NCBI GenBank assembly: GCA_965248355.1 | Contig: OZ252098.1 | Coordinates: 640,001-704,000, forward strand | DNA: 64,000 nucleotides | Direction of reading: 5' to 3' | From: Candidatus Latescibacterota bacterium | GTDB taxonomy: Bacteria; Latescibacterota; UBA2968; UBA8231 | Shown: one piece after another, positions 8,854-19,832 of the stretch | Position numbering within the stretch: position 1 is the first letter of the stretch | Layout of the letters: each line of letters begins with the position of its first letter | The notes under the pieces: generated by a model | What the model saw: only the letters and a program-made list of their open reading frames with translations | What the model was told of the DNA's origin: nothing | Database searches by the model: none | Made by a program: the position numbers and the translations under genes

Positions 8854-10721
8854 TGGTCCGCCCCTCCCCGCCGCCTCCGGCGACCGCCTTGGGAGAGGAG
8901 ACCGAGAGCGCCCGCAGCCTGGAGGCGCGCCTCGTGGTCCGCCTGCTGGGTTACCTGCGGCCCTACGCCTTCTGGGTGCTGGCCGGCGGGGCCGCCCTCC
9001 TCGCCGGCGTCGGCGTCCGCCAGGCGGGACCCTACCTGACCAAGATCGGCGTCGACGACTACCTGCTGGCCGGCGACGCCGAGGGGTTCGGCGTCATCGT
9101 CCTGCTCTACGCGGCCCTGCTGGGGCTGCAGTTCCTCCTCGGCTACGGCCAGAGCTGGGTGACGAACATGGTCGGCCAGTGGGCCATGCGCGACCTGCGC
9201 CTGACGATCTTCGATCGCCTGCAGTGGCTGCCCCTGCGGTTCTACGACCGCACGCCCGTGGGCCGGCTCATGGCGCGCAACACCAGCGACGTGGACGCCC
9301 TCAACGAGCTGTTCACCGACGGCCTCGTGACGCTCGTGAGCGACCTCTTCACGGTGATCGCCATCCTCGGGTTCATCTTCTACATGGACGCCGGCCTCGG
9401 CCTGCTCACCAGCCTCTGTCTGCCCCTCGCCTTCCTCGCCACCGCCTGGCTGCAGCGCCGGACCTACAGGACCTACCAGGAGGCCCGCACCCGCTTCGGG
9501 CAGTTCGCGGCCTCCCTGCAGGAGGCCATCTCCGGCATGGAGGTGGTGCAGCTCTTCGGCGCCGAGGACCGCCGCTCGCGCCGTTTCGAACAGAGCAACG
9601 ACGAGTACCTGCGCAGCCGCCTCACGGCCAGCCTCTACCACTCGGCCTACTTCCCGGTCATGGAGCTCTCGGCCGGCCTGATGCTGGCCCTCACCCTGTG
9701 GTACGGCACCGGCCAGGTCCTGGCCCGGGAGATGGAGTGGGGGGTGCTGGTGGCCATGCTGCAGTACGTGCCCCGGTTCTTCATGCCCCTGCGATCGATC
9801 GCCGAAGGCTACCAGGTGCTGCAGACCGCCATGGCCTCGTCGGAGCGCATCTTCGAGCTTCTCGACACCGGCGAGGAGCCCACGGGGACCCACCGGGACC
9901 CGCGCCCGGTGCAGGGCCGCATCGAGTTCCGCGACGTCTGGTTCGCCTACGACGGCGGGCCGGGCGAGGAGGAATGGGTCCTGCGGGGCGTCTCCTTCAG
10001 CCTCGAGCCCGGCCAGAGTCTGGCCGTGGCCGGCGCCACCGGCGCCGGCAAGAGCACCCTCGTCAACCTTCTGTGCCGGTTCTACGAGGTCCAGCGCGGC
10101 GATGTCCGGGTGGACGGGATCGACGTCAGGGACTGGGAGGTGCGCGACCTGCGCCGCCGCATCGGCGTGGTGCACCAGGACGTCTTCCTCTTCGCCGGCA
10201 GCGTGGCGGACAACATCGCCCTCGGCGCCGGGGGCGGAGGCGACCCGGTCCCCAGGGAGCGGATCGTGCAGGCCGCCCGCGACACCAACGCCGACCGCTT
10301 CATCGACCGCCTGCCGGCCGGCTACGACCAGGCCGTGGGGGAGCGCGGCGTCTCCCTGTCCGCGGGACAGCGGCAGCTGTTGTCCTTCGCCCGGGTGCTG
10401 GCCGCCGAGCCGGAGATCCTCGTCCTCGACGAGGCCACGGCCAACATCGACACCGAGACCGAGATGTGGATCCAGGAGGCCGTGGGGCGGATGATGCGCC
10501 GGCGCACGAGCCTGGTCATCGCCCACCGCCTGTCGACGGTGCGCAACGCCGACGCCATCCTGGTGCTGCACCGGGGCCAGGTGCGCGAGCTCGGCCGGCA
10601 CGAGGAGCTGCTGGCCCGCGGCGGGCTCTACCACCGCCTCTATCAGCTGCAGTACGGGGAGCCGGAGTCGGTGCGGGAGGCGCCCTCGTCGCTTCGGCCC
10701 ACGGGGGGCGGCGCATCGTGA
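8853..10721 (+). CDS. ABC exporter TMD-NBD subunit 2 (MdlB/YheH-like)
   Basis: ATG overlaps previous stop; GATGAGKS, LSAGQRQL, ILVLDE, IAHRLST. Confidence 0.92.
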   Translation: MVRPSPPPPATALGEETESARSLEARLVVRLLGYLRPYAFWVLAGGAALLAGVGVRQAGPYLTKIGVDDYLLAGDAEGFGVIVLLYAALLGLQFLLGYGQSWVTNMVGQWAMRDLRLTIFDRLQWLPLRFYDRTPVGRLMARNTSDVDALNELFTDGLVTLVSDLFTVIAILGFIFYMDAGLGLLTSLCLPLAFLATAWLQRRTYRTYQEARTRFGQFAASLQEAISGMEVVQLFGAEDRRSRRFEQSNDEYLRSRLTASLYHSAYFPVMELSAGLMLALTLWYGTGQVLAREMEWGVLVAMLQYVPRFFMPLRSIAEGYQVLQTAMASSERIFELLDTGEEPTGTHRDPRPVQGRIEFRDVWFAYDGGPGEEEWVLRGVSFSLEPGQSLAVAGATGAGKSTLVNLLCRFYEVQRGDVRVDGIDVRDWEVRDLRRRIGVVHQDVFLFAGSVADNIALGAGGGGDPVPRERIVQAARDTNADRFIDRLPAGYDQAVGERGVSLSAGQRQLLSFARVLAAEPEILVLDEATANIDTETEMWIQEAVGRMMRRRTSLVIAHRLSTVRNADAILVLHRGQVRELGRHEELLARGGLYHRLYQLQYGEPESVREAPSSLRPTGGGAS

Positions 10722-10765
10722 CGGCCCCGACGACGAACCAACACATCAACAAGGAGACTCCCCCC

Positions 10766-11599
10766 ATGAAGATCGCCCAGGCGGTGCTGGCCCTGCTGGC
10801 CGCCGGCTCCCTGTCGGCCCAGGAACTGACGGTCACGCCGGTGACCGCGGGCATCCACATGATCAGCGGCCGCGGCGGCAACATCGGCGTCTCCGCTGGC
10901 GACGACGGCCTGCTCATGATCGACGCCAAGTTCGCAAACCTCGCGGGTCCGATCCGCGCCGCCCTGGCCGGCCTCGGGGAGGGGGAGCCCGCCTTCCTGC
11001 TCAACACCCACTACCACGGCGACCACACCGGGGGCAATGCCGCCTTCGGAGCGGTGACGCCGATCCTGGCGCACCACAGGGTGCGCGAGCGCCTGCAGGC
11101 CGGGGAAGACCAGCCGTCCGAGGGCCTGCCCGTCCTCACCTTCGCCGACGGCCTGTCCCTGCACTTCAACGGCGAGGAGATCGAGGTCCGTCACTTCCCG
11201 GCGGCCCACACCGACGGCGACGCCGTGGTGTTCTTCACCGGCTCCGACGTGGTCCACATGGGCGACATCATGTTCCACGAGCGGTTTCCCTACGTCGACA
11301 TCGACGCCGGCGGCAGCGTCGAGGGGGTGGTCGCCGCGGTGGAGGCGGTGCTGGCGCGGATCGGCCCCGAGACGCGGGTCATCCCCGGACACGGCGGCCT
11401 GGCCACGCCCGACGACCTGCGGACCTACCTGCGCATGATCCGGCAGACGCGGGCAGCGGTTCAGGATGGGATGGCCGCGGGCCGGACCCTGGAGGAGCTG
11501 CAGGCGGCGGGCGTGTCGGAGGAGTGGTCCGGTTGGAGCTGGGGCTTCATCTCCACCGGGCGCTGGATCGCGACCCTGCACCACGGCGCGGGGGGGTGA
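10766..11599 (+). CDS. Secreted MBL-fold metallo-hydrolase (cyclase-like)
   Basis: AAGGAG RBS, signal peptide, 'NTHYHGDHTGGN', 'AHTDGD', 'HMGD', 'IPGHG'. Confidence 0.88.
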   Translation: MKIAQAVLALLAAGSLSAQELTVTPVTAGIHMISGRGGNIGVSAGDDGLLMIDAKFANLAGPIRAALAGLGEGEPAFLLNTHYHGDHTGGNAAFGAVTPILAHHRVRERLQAGEDQPSEGLPVLTFADGLSLHFNGEEIEVRHFPAAHTDGDAVVFFTGSDVVHMGDIMFHERFPYVDIDAGGSVEGVVAAVEAVLARIGPETRVIPGHGGLATPDDLRTYLRMIRQTRAAVQDGMAAGRTLEELQAAGVSEEWSGWSWGFISTGRWIATLHHGAGG

Positions 11600-11639
11600 T
11601 CGGGAGACGCGGGTCAGCCGGTGAGCGGTCCTGCCCCGC

Positions 11640-14600
11640 TCACCGGATCAGCATGCAGCGCCGGGTGCGGACGGTTTCGGCCGTGGTGAGCCGATAGAAG
11701 TAGACGCCGCTGGAGACCGGGGATCCCCGGTCATCGGTGCCGGACCAGCGCACCTTGTGCAGCCCGGGGGGACGCCGCTCGTCGAGGAGCCGGCGGACCC
11801 GCTGCCCGAGCAGGTTGAAGATGTCGATCCTCACCTGGCCGCCGGCCCCCAGCCGGAAGGGGATCACCGTGCTCGCGTTGAAGGGATTCGGGTAGCTCCT
11901 CAGCAGCTCCGACGTCCCTGGCACCTCCAGGTCCCCGGCGATCGCCGTCGGCGCGTGTTCGATGGAGAACAGCCCGGCGCTCGTGGCCACGTAAAGGGTC
12001 GACGGCTCGGAGGGATCGACGGCGACGTCGTTGATCCACGGGACCCCCGGATAGCCGGGGTCCAGGGCCCTCCAGGTGGCGCCGCGGTCGGGGCTGTGAT
12101 ACAGCTCGCGGTCGGCGGCCAGGTAGAGGGCGTCGGCGTCGCCCGGGTGGCCGCGCAGGCGGGCCGTCTTCCACCACCCCGTCCGGGGCTCCAGGACCCG
12201 CCGCCAGGTCCGCCCCCCGTCGCCGGAGACGAAGCACCCCCTGTTGGCCGCCGCGTAGAGGACGCCGGGCTCGTCCGGATGCCGGGCCAGGTCCAGACCC
12301 GAGGCCCAGGGCTCGAGGCGGCCGACCACCCTCCAGTCCCAGCCGTCCTTGTGCCCTACCCAGAGGGAGTCGCCGTAGAGGACGGCCAGGGGTCCCGCGA
12401 AGCCAGCAGCGCTCCTCTCGGCCGCAGGCCGACCGGAGGATCCTCTCGACGGGCAAAGGGGCCCATCCTCTCCCAGTTTTCACCGTGGTCGAAACTCATC
12501 CACAATCCCTCGTCCGCCAGGTAGATGACCCCGGACGTCCAGGGGTCGGCGAAGATGGAGGGACGGTGAAAACGGCTGGTGAGACTGAGGGAGCCGATGG
12601 CGCCGCTGCTCTCCAGAGGCTCCCAGGTGTCCCCGCCGGTCGTGCTGCGCAGGTAGCCGGTGGTGCCGGCGAAGTTGGCGATCAGCACCTCGCCGGCCCA
12701 GGGATCCTGGAAAACGACCTCGAAGGGCCCGGCCAGGAAGGGGAAGTACCTCCAGCTCTCCCGCCACTGCCAGTTTCCCCCGCCCTTCCTGTAGACCCCC
12801 AGGTAGGTCTCCCCATCTCTCGACAGGATGGTGGCCAGGTTCAGGCGGTTCAGGTCGTCGAACCACAGGGTGCCGAGCCGTGGACGGATCTCCTCGACCG
12901 TGATCGGGACAACGGTCTCGCCCTGGTCGGTGGAGGTGTACACCCCGCCGAAGGTCTGGATCAGCAGGCCGGAAGGACCGAAGGCGCTCACCCTCTCCAC
13001 ATCGTCGAGCCGCCCGAATCGGGCTCCGGTCCCCCGCCAGGTCTCGCCGGCGTCGTGGCTGCGGAACAGGAGTCTTTCGCTGTGCGCGTAGATCAGGCCG
13101 GGTTCGGAGTCGGAGACGGCCAGGCCCTCGATGTCGCTCGCCATGTCCAGATTCAAGACCCGCCAGGTGGTTCCCTCATCCGAAGTGTGATGGAGACTGT
13201 CCCCGTCAGCCACGTAGAACCCCCCCGGGGTCCACGGGTCTGGAACGGGAAGGGCAAAGGGATTGAGGAGGGGATAGGGATGGGGGACAGGATTGGAACC
13301 GACGGCCCTCGCGCCGGTCTCGTCGAGCCGCCAGAGGTCGATCGACGGCCCTTCCGGTGTTTGGACCCAGACCCACGCATAGAGACGTTGGGGATCCGCA
13401 GGATGGGAAGAGACATCCAGAGCGGTGCCCTCGACGGGAAACTCCTTCCACGTCCGTCCCCGGTCGTCGGAGACCAGGACCGCCTCGCGGGCGACGGCGT
13501 AGAGCCGGTCCGGCAGATGGCCGTCGACGAAGGCGGCGCCCACGCCCTCGGGCATGGGAACGGCGGACCATGTAGCCCCCCCATCAAGGGTCGCGAAGAT
13601 TCCCTTGAACCCCCCCAAGAAGAAGGGACCGTCCACCTCGATGACGTAGGCGGTCAGGGGGTCTTCCACGTCGCCCCGGACGAGGCTGTCCCTGTCGCGG
13701 CCCGTAAACATGAAGGTGGCGGGCTGCAGGAGGCCCCTCTGTCGGGTGACCGCCACACGCGCCATCTCGTCCGTCCGTACCAGGACCCGCCCGGTCCGGC
13801 ATGGATCTGCTCAAGCGCAACCTGCAGCGGCACCGCCGGCCCTTCGGGCCGCCAATCGCCGGCTTGGCCGTGCTCGACGCCCGGATCTGGCTCCCCGGGT
13901 GCCACCACACGAGGGGGGTCGCCCACGGCTCCGGTCTCGACGCGCGAGCCCTCGCTCCGGCCGACGTTGCCGTCGCCGTCCTCCACGACGACGGTGACCG
14001 AGTACATCCCGGCGGGTCCCTCCCACCGGGCCTCGTACACGGCTTCCCTCTCGACCATGGATACCTCCGCACGAAGGGTGGAGTCGGGCAGGCCGTGAAT
14101 CCGGGCCGACACGCGGCGGATCCCGCTGCCCTCGAGGATGTGACTCCGGCGCACCTGGACGATCAGACCGTCCCCGTTCGGGGAGAGCCGCAGGTGCTGT
14201 ACCCTGGGCGGGGTCACGTCCGGCCGCCGGGTGACCTCGAAGGCCGCGGTGTCCGTCCACACCTGGAACAGGGTGCGCACCTCCAGCACGAAGGGCAGCT
14301 CGGTCCCGGCGGCCCCGGCCAGGGCAAGGAACTCCGGTGTCCTCGAGCTGCGGGCGCTCTCCGGGCCCTCCGCGGTGAAGCGGACGGCCCCGTCGGACAC
14401 CCGAAGGGCGGCCTCGCTGGGACTGGACAGATAGAAGCTCAGGGCCCACAGCAGATCGGGCTCCGTCGAGCCGAGCCGCAGATCCAGGTGAAAGAAGTCC
14501 CCGGGATCGATGCGGTCCGTCCCCTGCCCGTCCCGCACCTGCCAGCCCACATCGACCTGCCGGGCGCTGATCACGGGGATCCGCAGGTCCTGCCGGCCGA

Positions 14601-16374
14601 GGGTGTCGGCGCCGGCCAGGGCGGTGAGCCGCAACCGCGCCACCCGCGCGGAGGCGAAGTCCGTGGAGACCACGATCCGGGGCGGGGTCTCGAAGGCGCC
14701 GCCCAGATGGTGGATGTCCGGAAGCAGGTCGGGCAGCTCGTGGCGCTCCGGGGTGACCGTGAGCGGGCCGTCCAGCGACTCCAGGGTCAGGGTCGCGCCA
14801 CGGGCGGGGAGCCCGCCCCGGTTCACGGGGTCGAATTCCAGCACCCCCTCCTCGCCGGCCACGAGGACGCCGTCCCCGGTCTGGTCCTGCACCGTGAGAC
14901 CCTCGAACTCGATGCGCGGCCCATCGATCTCGATCTGGGCCTCGACGCCCCGCTCGGTCAGCTCGATGGCGGTGATGGCGAAGGTGCCGCGGCCCTCCCG
15001 GTCGGCGGAACTGGGGTTGGTGGCGGCCGTGAACTCCGTGCGCCCGCCGGGGCCGAAGACGTCGGTGGCGTCCCCGAGGTTGCCCGCATGGGACTTGGCG
15101 TAGGCCTCGTCCCCGGCCCAGAAGTCGAGGTTGTCCCCGCCGTGCAGGGGATCGGACGTCCGGCCGACAGGGAAGCCGCCCTCCTTCCAGCGGCCGTCGG
15201 CGGACTCCAGATCGACCTGCCAGTGCGCCTTGGTGACCTCGCCGGTGCGGTTGCTCATGACGTGCCAGATGAGCAGGCCTTCGGCGGGGATCCCCCGGTC
15301 GTACCAGGAGGAGCGGGTCCGGTACTCCAGCAGGAAATACTCCTCGGCGCCGGCGGGGATCTTCACGAGATCCCCCGTCTCGGCCACGTCCCGCACCAGG
15401 ATGCGCTGCGACGGGCTCGCCGCCTCCGTCACCTGGGCCCACCCGAGCCGGAGGCGGCTCCACGCCGAGAAGCTGGCGGGTCCGTCGTCGCCCCCCCAGC
15501 CGAAGACACCCCAGCCCATGAGGCCCCAGTTGCCGATGCCGGCCGAATCCCCGGCCGGGTCGCGCGCCTCCTGGCTGAGATAGGCCACGTTGTAGAGGTC
15601 GGGAAGCCCGAAGAGGGTGTGGCCCAGCTCATGGGCGACCGTGCCGGCCGCCTCGGGGAAGGTGCGGCCCTGGGCGACGAGGCCGCTGCGGTAGCCGATC
15701 GGCTCTCCGTTGTGGCCGGGGTCGGAGGTGGCCACCGCCTCGAGGAGGCCCAGGTCGCGGATCCCGGTGGCGCCCCCGAGGAGGAAGTTGGGCGGCAGGG
15801 AGGGGGTGAGGACGACGACCAGGTCCACCTCGCCGTCGTCGTCGCCGGAGTCCGGTTTCCCGTCGGGCCCGTCGTCATCGAACCCGGCGAGATCCAGGTC
15901 GTCGTCCACCTGGCGCAGGATCTCCCGCACGAAGTCCGAATAGCGGCCGAACTCCGTGTGACTGCGCGATGTGTAGTCGACGGCGTGGCCGGAGGAGAAG
16001 TAGCGCCGCGGCGCCACGGTCCCTCGGAGGGTCAGACCCCCGAAGGACATCTCCCCGTAGAAGTGGCTGACGCTGCCGGGAAGGTCCGGATCGAAGAGGG
16101 ACTCGGCCCAGGAGGGCACGCCGCCCTGCTGACCCCGGAAGCCGGTGAAGACCACCAGGGCGGTGACTTCCGAGAGGGCGCCGCTGGCGGCGGCCTTGGC
16201 GCGGGGAGGCGGGACCGGCCCGGCCTGGTTCGAGGCCGCGGCCAGGGCCTCGGCACAGATGAAGCGAGAGACGGCGCCGGCGGCCTGAACGGAAACCGCC
16301 AGGACAGCCAGCAGCAGGAGAGCTCCCTGCCGTCTCCTGCGGCCGGGACGGCGGGGCTCGGCCTCACACTCCAA
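11640..16374 (-). pseudogene. Large secreted M6 (immune inhibitor A) metalloprotease with BNR/Asp-box propellers and FlgD/T9SS-like C-terminal domain, split by two frameshifts
   Basis: Signal peptide, 'AHELGHTLFGLPDLY', 'WGLMGWG', S.D.G.TW repeats, 'SYPNPFNASTVIPFRL...SSGVYFYRL'; frameshifts near 13728 and 12380-12470. Confidence 0.8.
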
Positions 16375-16513
16375 GGATGGATGCGCTCACGAAAGCGGCC
16401 TTTGGTTCGGGTTCCCAGGCTGGGTAGAAAGGACCCTCCAGGCGTCGCGCCGTCAACCTGGATCGGCTATCTTGGCCGCTCGCCGGAACCACCCTCCCGG
16501 AGGCAGATCCGCA

Positions 16514-17326
16514 GTGAAGTACCGATTCGCCGAGATGATCTGGCACGAGATCCGCGACGCCGCCCGGGACGGCCGCGTCGCCGTGCTGCCGGTGGCCACC
16601 TACGAGGATCACGGCCCGCATCTGCCGGTGGACACGGACGTGGTGCTCTGCACCGGGATCTGCGAGCGCGCCGTGGCGCGAATCCCCGGCGAGGCCGTGC
16701 TGGCGCCGGCCGTGCCCCACGGGTACAGCCCCCATCACATGGACTTCCACGGCACCCTGACCATCACCTGGGACACCTTCATCCGCTACGTGAAGGACGT
16801 GGCCTGCAGCCTCGGCCACCACGGCTTCGAGCGCATCCTCATCGTCAACGGCCACGGCAGCAACGCCTCGCCCCTGGACCTGGCGGCGCGGCTCACGGTG
16901 ATGGAGTACGGGGGCCGCGTCTACTGCGCCAGCGTCAGTCACTGGGACCTGCGCAAGGCCAAGACCGCCGGCGCCGAGCTGCGCGATTCCGACCACGGCG
17001 GCACCTCCCACGGCGGCGAGTACGAGACCGCCCTCTACCTGGCCCTGAAGCCGGAGCTGGTGGAGATGGACAAGGCCGTGGACGAGCGCTCGCCCCTGTC
17101 GAAGAGCTTCCGCTCCGACCTGCTGGCCGGCACCCACCCGGAGGGCTCCGGGGCGCGGCTGATTCCCTACTGGAGCTCCCAGACGGCCAGCGGCGTCCTC
17201 GGGGACGCGACCAAGGCGACACCCGAGAAGGGCGAGGCCTGGCTGGAGGCCGCCGTGAGCGGTCTCGTCGACCTGATCCGTGAATTGCGGGCGCAACCGA
17301 TCCTGCCGAGGAGGGACCAGCACTGA
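16514..17326 (+). CDS. Creatininase family amidohydrolase
   Basis: 'EDHGPHLPVDTD', 'GYSPHH', 'VNGHGSN', 'HGGEYET'. Confidence 0.9.
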   Translation: MKYRFAEMIWHEIRDAARDGRVAVLPVATYEDHGPHLPVDTDVVLCTGICERAVARIPGEAVLAPAVPHGYSPHHMDFHGTLTITWDTFIRYVKDVACSLGHHGFERILIVNGHGSNASPLDLAARLTVMEYGGRVYCASVSHWDLRKAKTAGAELRDSDHGGTSHGGEYETALYLALKPELVEMDKAVDERSPLSKSFRSDLLAGTHPEGSGARLIPYWSSQTASGVLGDATKATPEKGEAWLEAAVSGLVDLIRELRAQPILPRRDQH

Positions 17327-18108
17327 TGGGCATACTCGACCGCTTCTCGCTGGAGGGACGCGTCGCCGTGGTCACAGGCGGCGCCGGACCCCTGTTCGGC
17401 TCCAGCATCTCCGAGGCCCTGGCCGAGGCCGGGGCTACCGTGATCACGGCCTCGCGCTCGCTGGAGCGCAACGAGGCCTTCGCCGCCGGGCTGCGCGGCA
17501 AGGGTCTTGTGGCCCACGCCCTGCAGCTCGACGTCACCGACACCGCCTCGATCGAGGCCTTCGGCGGCCAGGTCCACGACCGCTTCGAGCGGGTCGACGT
17601 GCTCGTCAACTCCGCCGTCGTCGCCAGGGGCGGCGGCTTCGAGGAGCAGACCCCCGACTACTGGGAGTTCAGCGCCCGGGGCAACATGACCGGCCTCTTC
17701 GCGCTGTGCAAGGCCTTCCTGCCCGGCATGGCCGACCGCGGCCGGGGCTCGATCATCAACATCTCCAGCATCTACGGCGTGGTGGCCAACGACCCCACCC
17801 TCTACGAGGGCACGTCCATGCGGCAGCCGCCGGACTACACCTTCGTGAAGGCCGGCATGATCAACTACACACGCTACCTGGCCAGCTACTTCGGCAAGCA
17901 GGGCGTGCGCGCCAACTGCATCTGCCCCGGGGGCTACTTCGACGAGCAGCCCGCCCCCTTCGTCGAGGCCTACGAGAAGCGCTGCCCCCTCGGCCGCATG
18001 CTCGACAACGAGGACATCAAGGGCGCCGTGGTCTTCCTCGCCTCCGACGCCTCCGCCTACGTAACCGGCGCCGCCCTGATGGTCGACGGCGGCTGGACGA
18101 GTGTGTAG
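17326..18108 (+). CDS. SDR family oxidoreductase
   Basis: 'VVTGGAG', 'INISSIYG', YxxxK (YTFVK), 'VDGGWT'. Confidence 0.9.
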   Translation: MGILDRFSLEGRVAVVTGGAGPLFGSSISEALAEAGATVITASRSLERNEAFAAGLRGKGLVAHALQLDVTDTASIEAFGGQVHDRFERVDVLVNSAVVARGGGFEEQTPDYWEFSARGNMTGLFALCKAFLPGMADRGRGSIINISSIYGVVANDPTLYEGTSMRQPPDYTFVKAGMINYTRYLASYFGKQGVRANCICPGGYFDEQPAPFVEAYEKRCPLGRMLDNEDIKGAVVFLASDASAYVTGAALMVDGGWTSV

Positions 18109-18417
18109 AAGGACTCGCTGGTGGCGACGGCCGTCGACTTCGCGCGCTCCTTCCTGTGGCCGAGGCGGCCAGCGGGAAGCGCCGCCGCTTCGCCCTCGGC
18201 GTGAGCTGCAAGACCGAGGCGGTGGGGGCCGAGGACGGAATCTGGCCGCGGCCCAACGCGATGCTCACCATCAAGACCTGCGACGTGGTCGGCCGGCCGC
18301 TGCCCCTCTACGTCGAGTCCCTGGGGGCCGGTCCTCGTGCCGGACCTGGCGCGGGAGCCCGGGGACCCTCCGCCGGCCGCCCGCGCGGGTGACCCGACGC
18401 CGTCAAGAGGTCCTTCC

Positions 18418-19215
18418 ATGTCCGAGCCCGTCCTCCACATCCGCCCCCGCTATCACCGCTGGCACGTCGATCCCGGCGTGGAGTGGGTGGAGTCGAACAC
18501 CACCTTCGGCCACCTCGACTGGCGCATCCCCCTGTCGAGGGCCGTCCTCGTCCTGGTCGACGTCTGGGACCGCCACTACCTGAAGGACACCCACGCCCGG
18601 GCCGAGGAGATCATCCAGCGGCGCCTGCGGCCCCTGGTCGACCGCTGCCGCGCCGCCGGCCTGCCGATCGTGCACGCCCCCTCGCCGCCCCAGGCCGTGT
18701 CGCACCCGAACTGGCTGGGCCTGGAAGGCTGGAACCGCAAGACGTGGCCCGTCGACGAGGACTGGCCGCCGCCCGACTTCCGCGAGCGCCGGGGGGAGTT
18801 CGCTTCCTACGCGCCGCCCGTGGAGCCGCGCGATCCCGAGCGCGAAGCCCTGCGGGAGGGATTGCGGATCCACCCCGACCTGCAGCCGGCGGAGGGGGAG
18901 CCCGTGGCCTCCTCCGGCGAGGAGCTGCACCTCTGGTGCCGGGAGCAGGGGGTGATGTTCTTGCTGTACGCCGGCTTCAACACCAACGCCTGCATCCTGA
19001 ACCGCGACTACGGCACCCTCGACATGAACCGCCGCGGCTACGCGGTGCTGATCGTGCGCGACGGCACCACGGGCATGGAGTCGGCCGCCACCCACGAGGC
19101 GCTGGGGCAGACGCGGGCCACGATCCTGAACCTGGAGATGTTCGGGTGCGGGTCGGTCACCTGCGGCGAGATCGCCGCGGGGCTGCCGGAAGGCGGCGGC
19201 CGGGACCGGGGATGA
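18418..19215 (+). CDS. Isochorismatase-like cysteine hydrolase fold protein
   Basis: 'LVLVDVWDRH', 'PIVHAPS', 'LLYAGFNTNACI', 'IVRDGT'. Confidence 0.75.
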   Translation: MSEPVLHIRPRYHRWHVDPGVEWVESNTTFGHLDWRIPLSRAVLVLVDVWDRHYLKDTHARAEEIIQRRLRPLVDRCRAAGLPIVHAPSPPQAVSHPNWLGLEGWNRKTWPVDEDWPPPDFRERRGEFASYAPPVEPRDPEREALREGLRIHPDLQPAEGEPVASSGEELHLWCREQGVMFLLYAGFNTNACILNRDYGTLDMNRRGYAVLIVRDGTTGMESAATHEALGQTRATILNLEMFGCGSVTCGEIAAGLPEGGGRDRG

Positions 19216-19229
19216 CCCTCGTCCGGCGC

Positions 19230-19799
19230 CTAGCGGAAGGTCGGACAGTCGACGAGGGTGGGCTTGGTGCCCTCGGGCAGCGGCACCTGGAAGGCGTTGA
19301 GGGACATGGCCACCATCGAGTAGTAGCCGATGAGCCCGGTGAGCTCCACGACGCCGCCGTCGCCGAGAAGGTCGCGGGCGGCGCCGAAGGTGCGCTCCTG
19401 CACGAAGCGGTTGTAGACCAGCTCGGCGGCGTAGTCGTACACGGTCTGCTCGTCCTCCCGCTCGAACTCGGGGTACTGCCCGAGGCGGACCGCTTCCAGC
19501 TGCTCCGGCGCCAGGCCGGCCTCGAGGGCGATGGGCTCGTGCAGGGTCCACTCGAGCTGGCAGTCCCAGGCGCGGGCCGTGACCAGGATGACGAGCTCCG
19601 AGAGGCGGGGCTCGAGACGGGTCTGGTAGCGGACCAGGGCGCCCAGCTTCTGGGCGCGGTCGGTGAAGGGGGCGCTGTGGAGCCACACGCGGAAGGGTCC
19701 GGCCACGTTGCCGCGGGCCTCGACGATGGCGTCCCAGACGGCCTTTTGCTGCTCGTCGAGGTCGTCGCGCTCGAGCTGTCGCAGGCGGCTGCTGCTCAC
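19230..19799 (-). CDS. Carboxymuconolactone decarboxylase/AhpD-like protein
   Basis: 'GPFRVWLHS', 'ELVILVTAR...EWTLHEPIALEAG', 'VELTGLIGYY'. Confidence 0.85.
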   Translation of the reverse strand: MSSSRLRQLERDDLDEQQKAVWDAIVEARGNVAGPFRVWLHSAPFTDRAQKLGALVRYQTRLEPRLSELVILVTARAWDCQLEWTLHEPIALEAGLAPEQLEAVRLGQYPEFEREDEQTVYDYAAELVYNRFVQERTFGAARDLLGDGGVVELTGLIGYYSMVAMSLNAFQVPLPEGTKPTLVDCPTFR

Positions 19800-19832
19800 G
19801 GGCGGATCCCCGGAAGTTGAGGCGGAGAGTCG

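Noticed and set aside
12380..13740. Programmed frameshifting in the M6 protease gene
   Set aside because: No slippery heptamer evident at either break; the first looks like a simple single-base loss.
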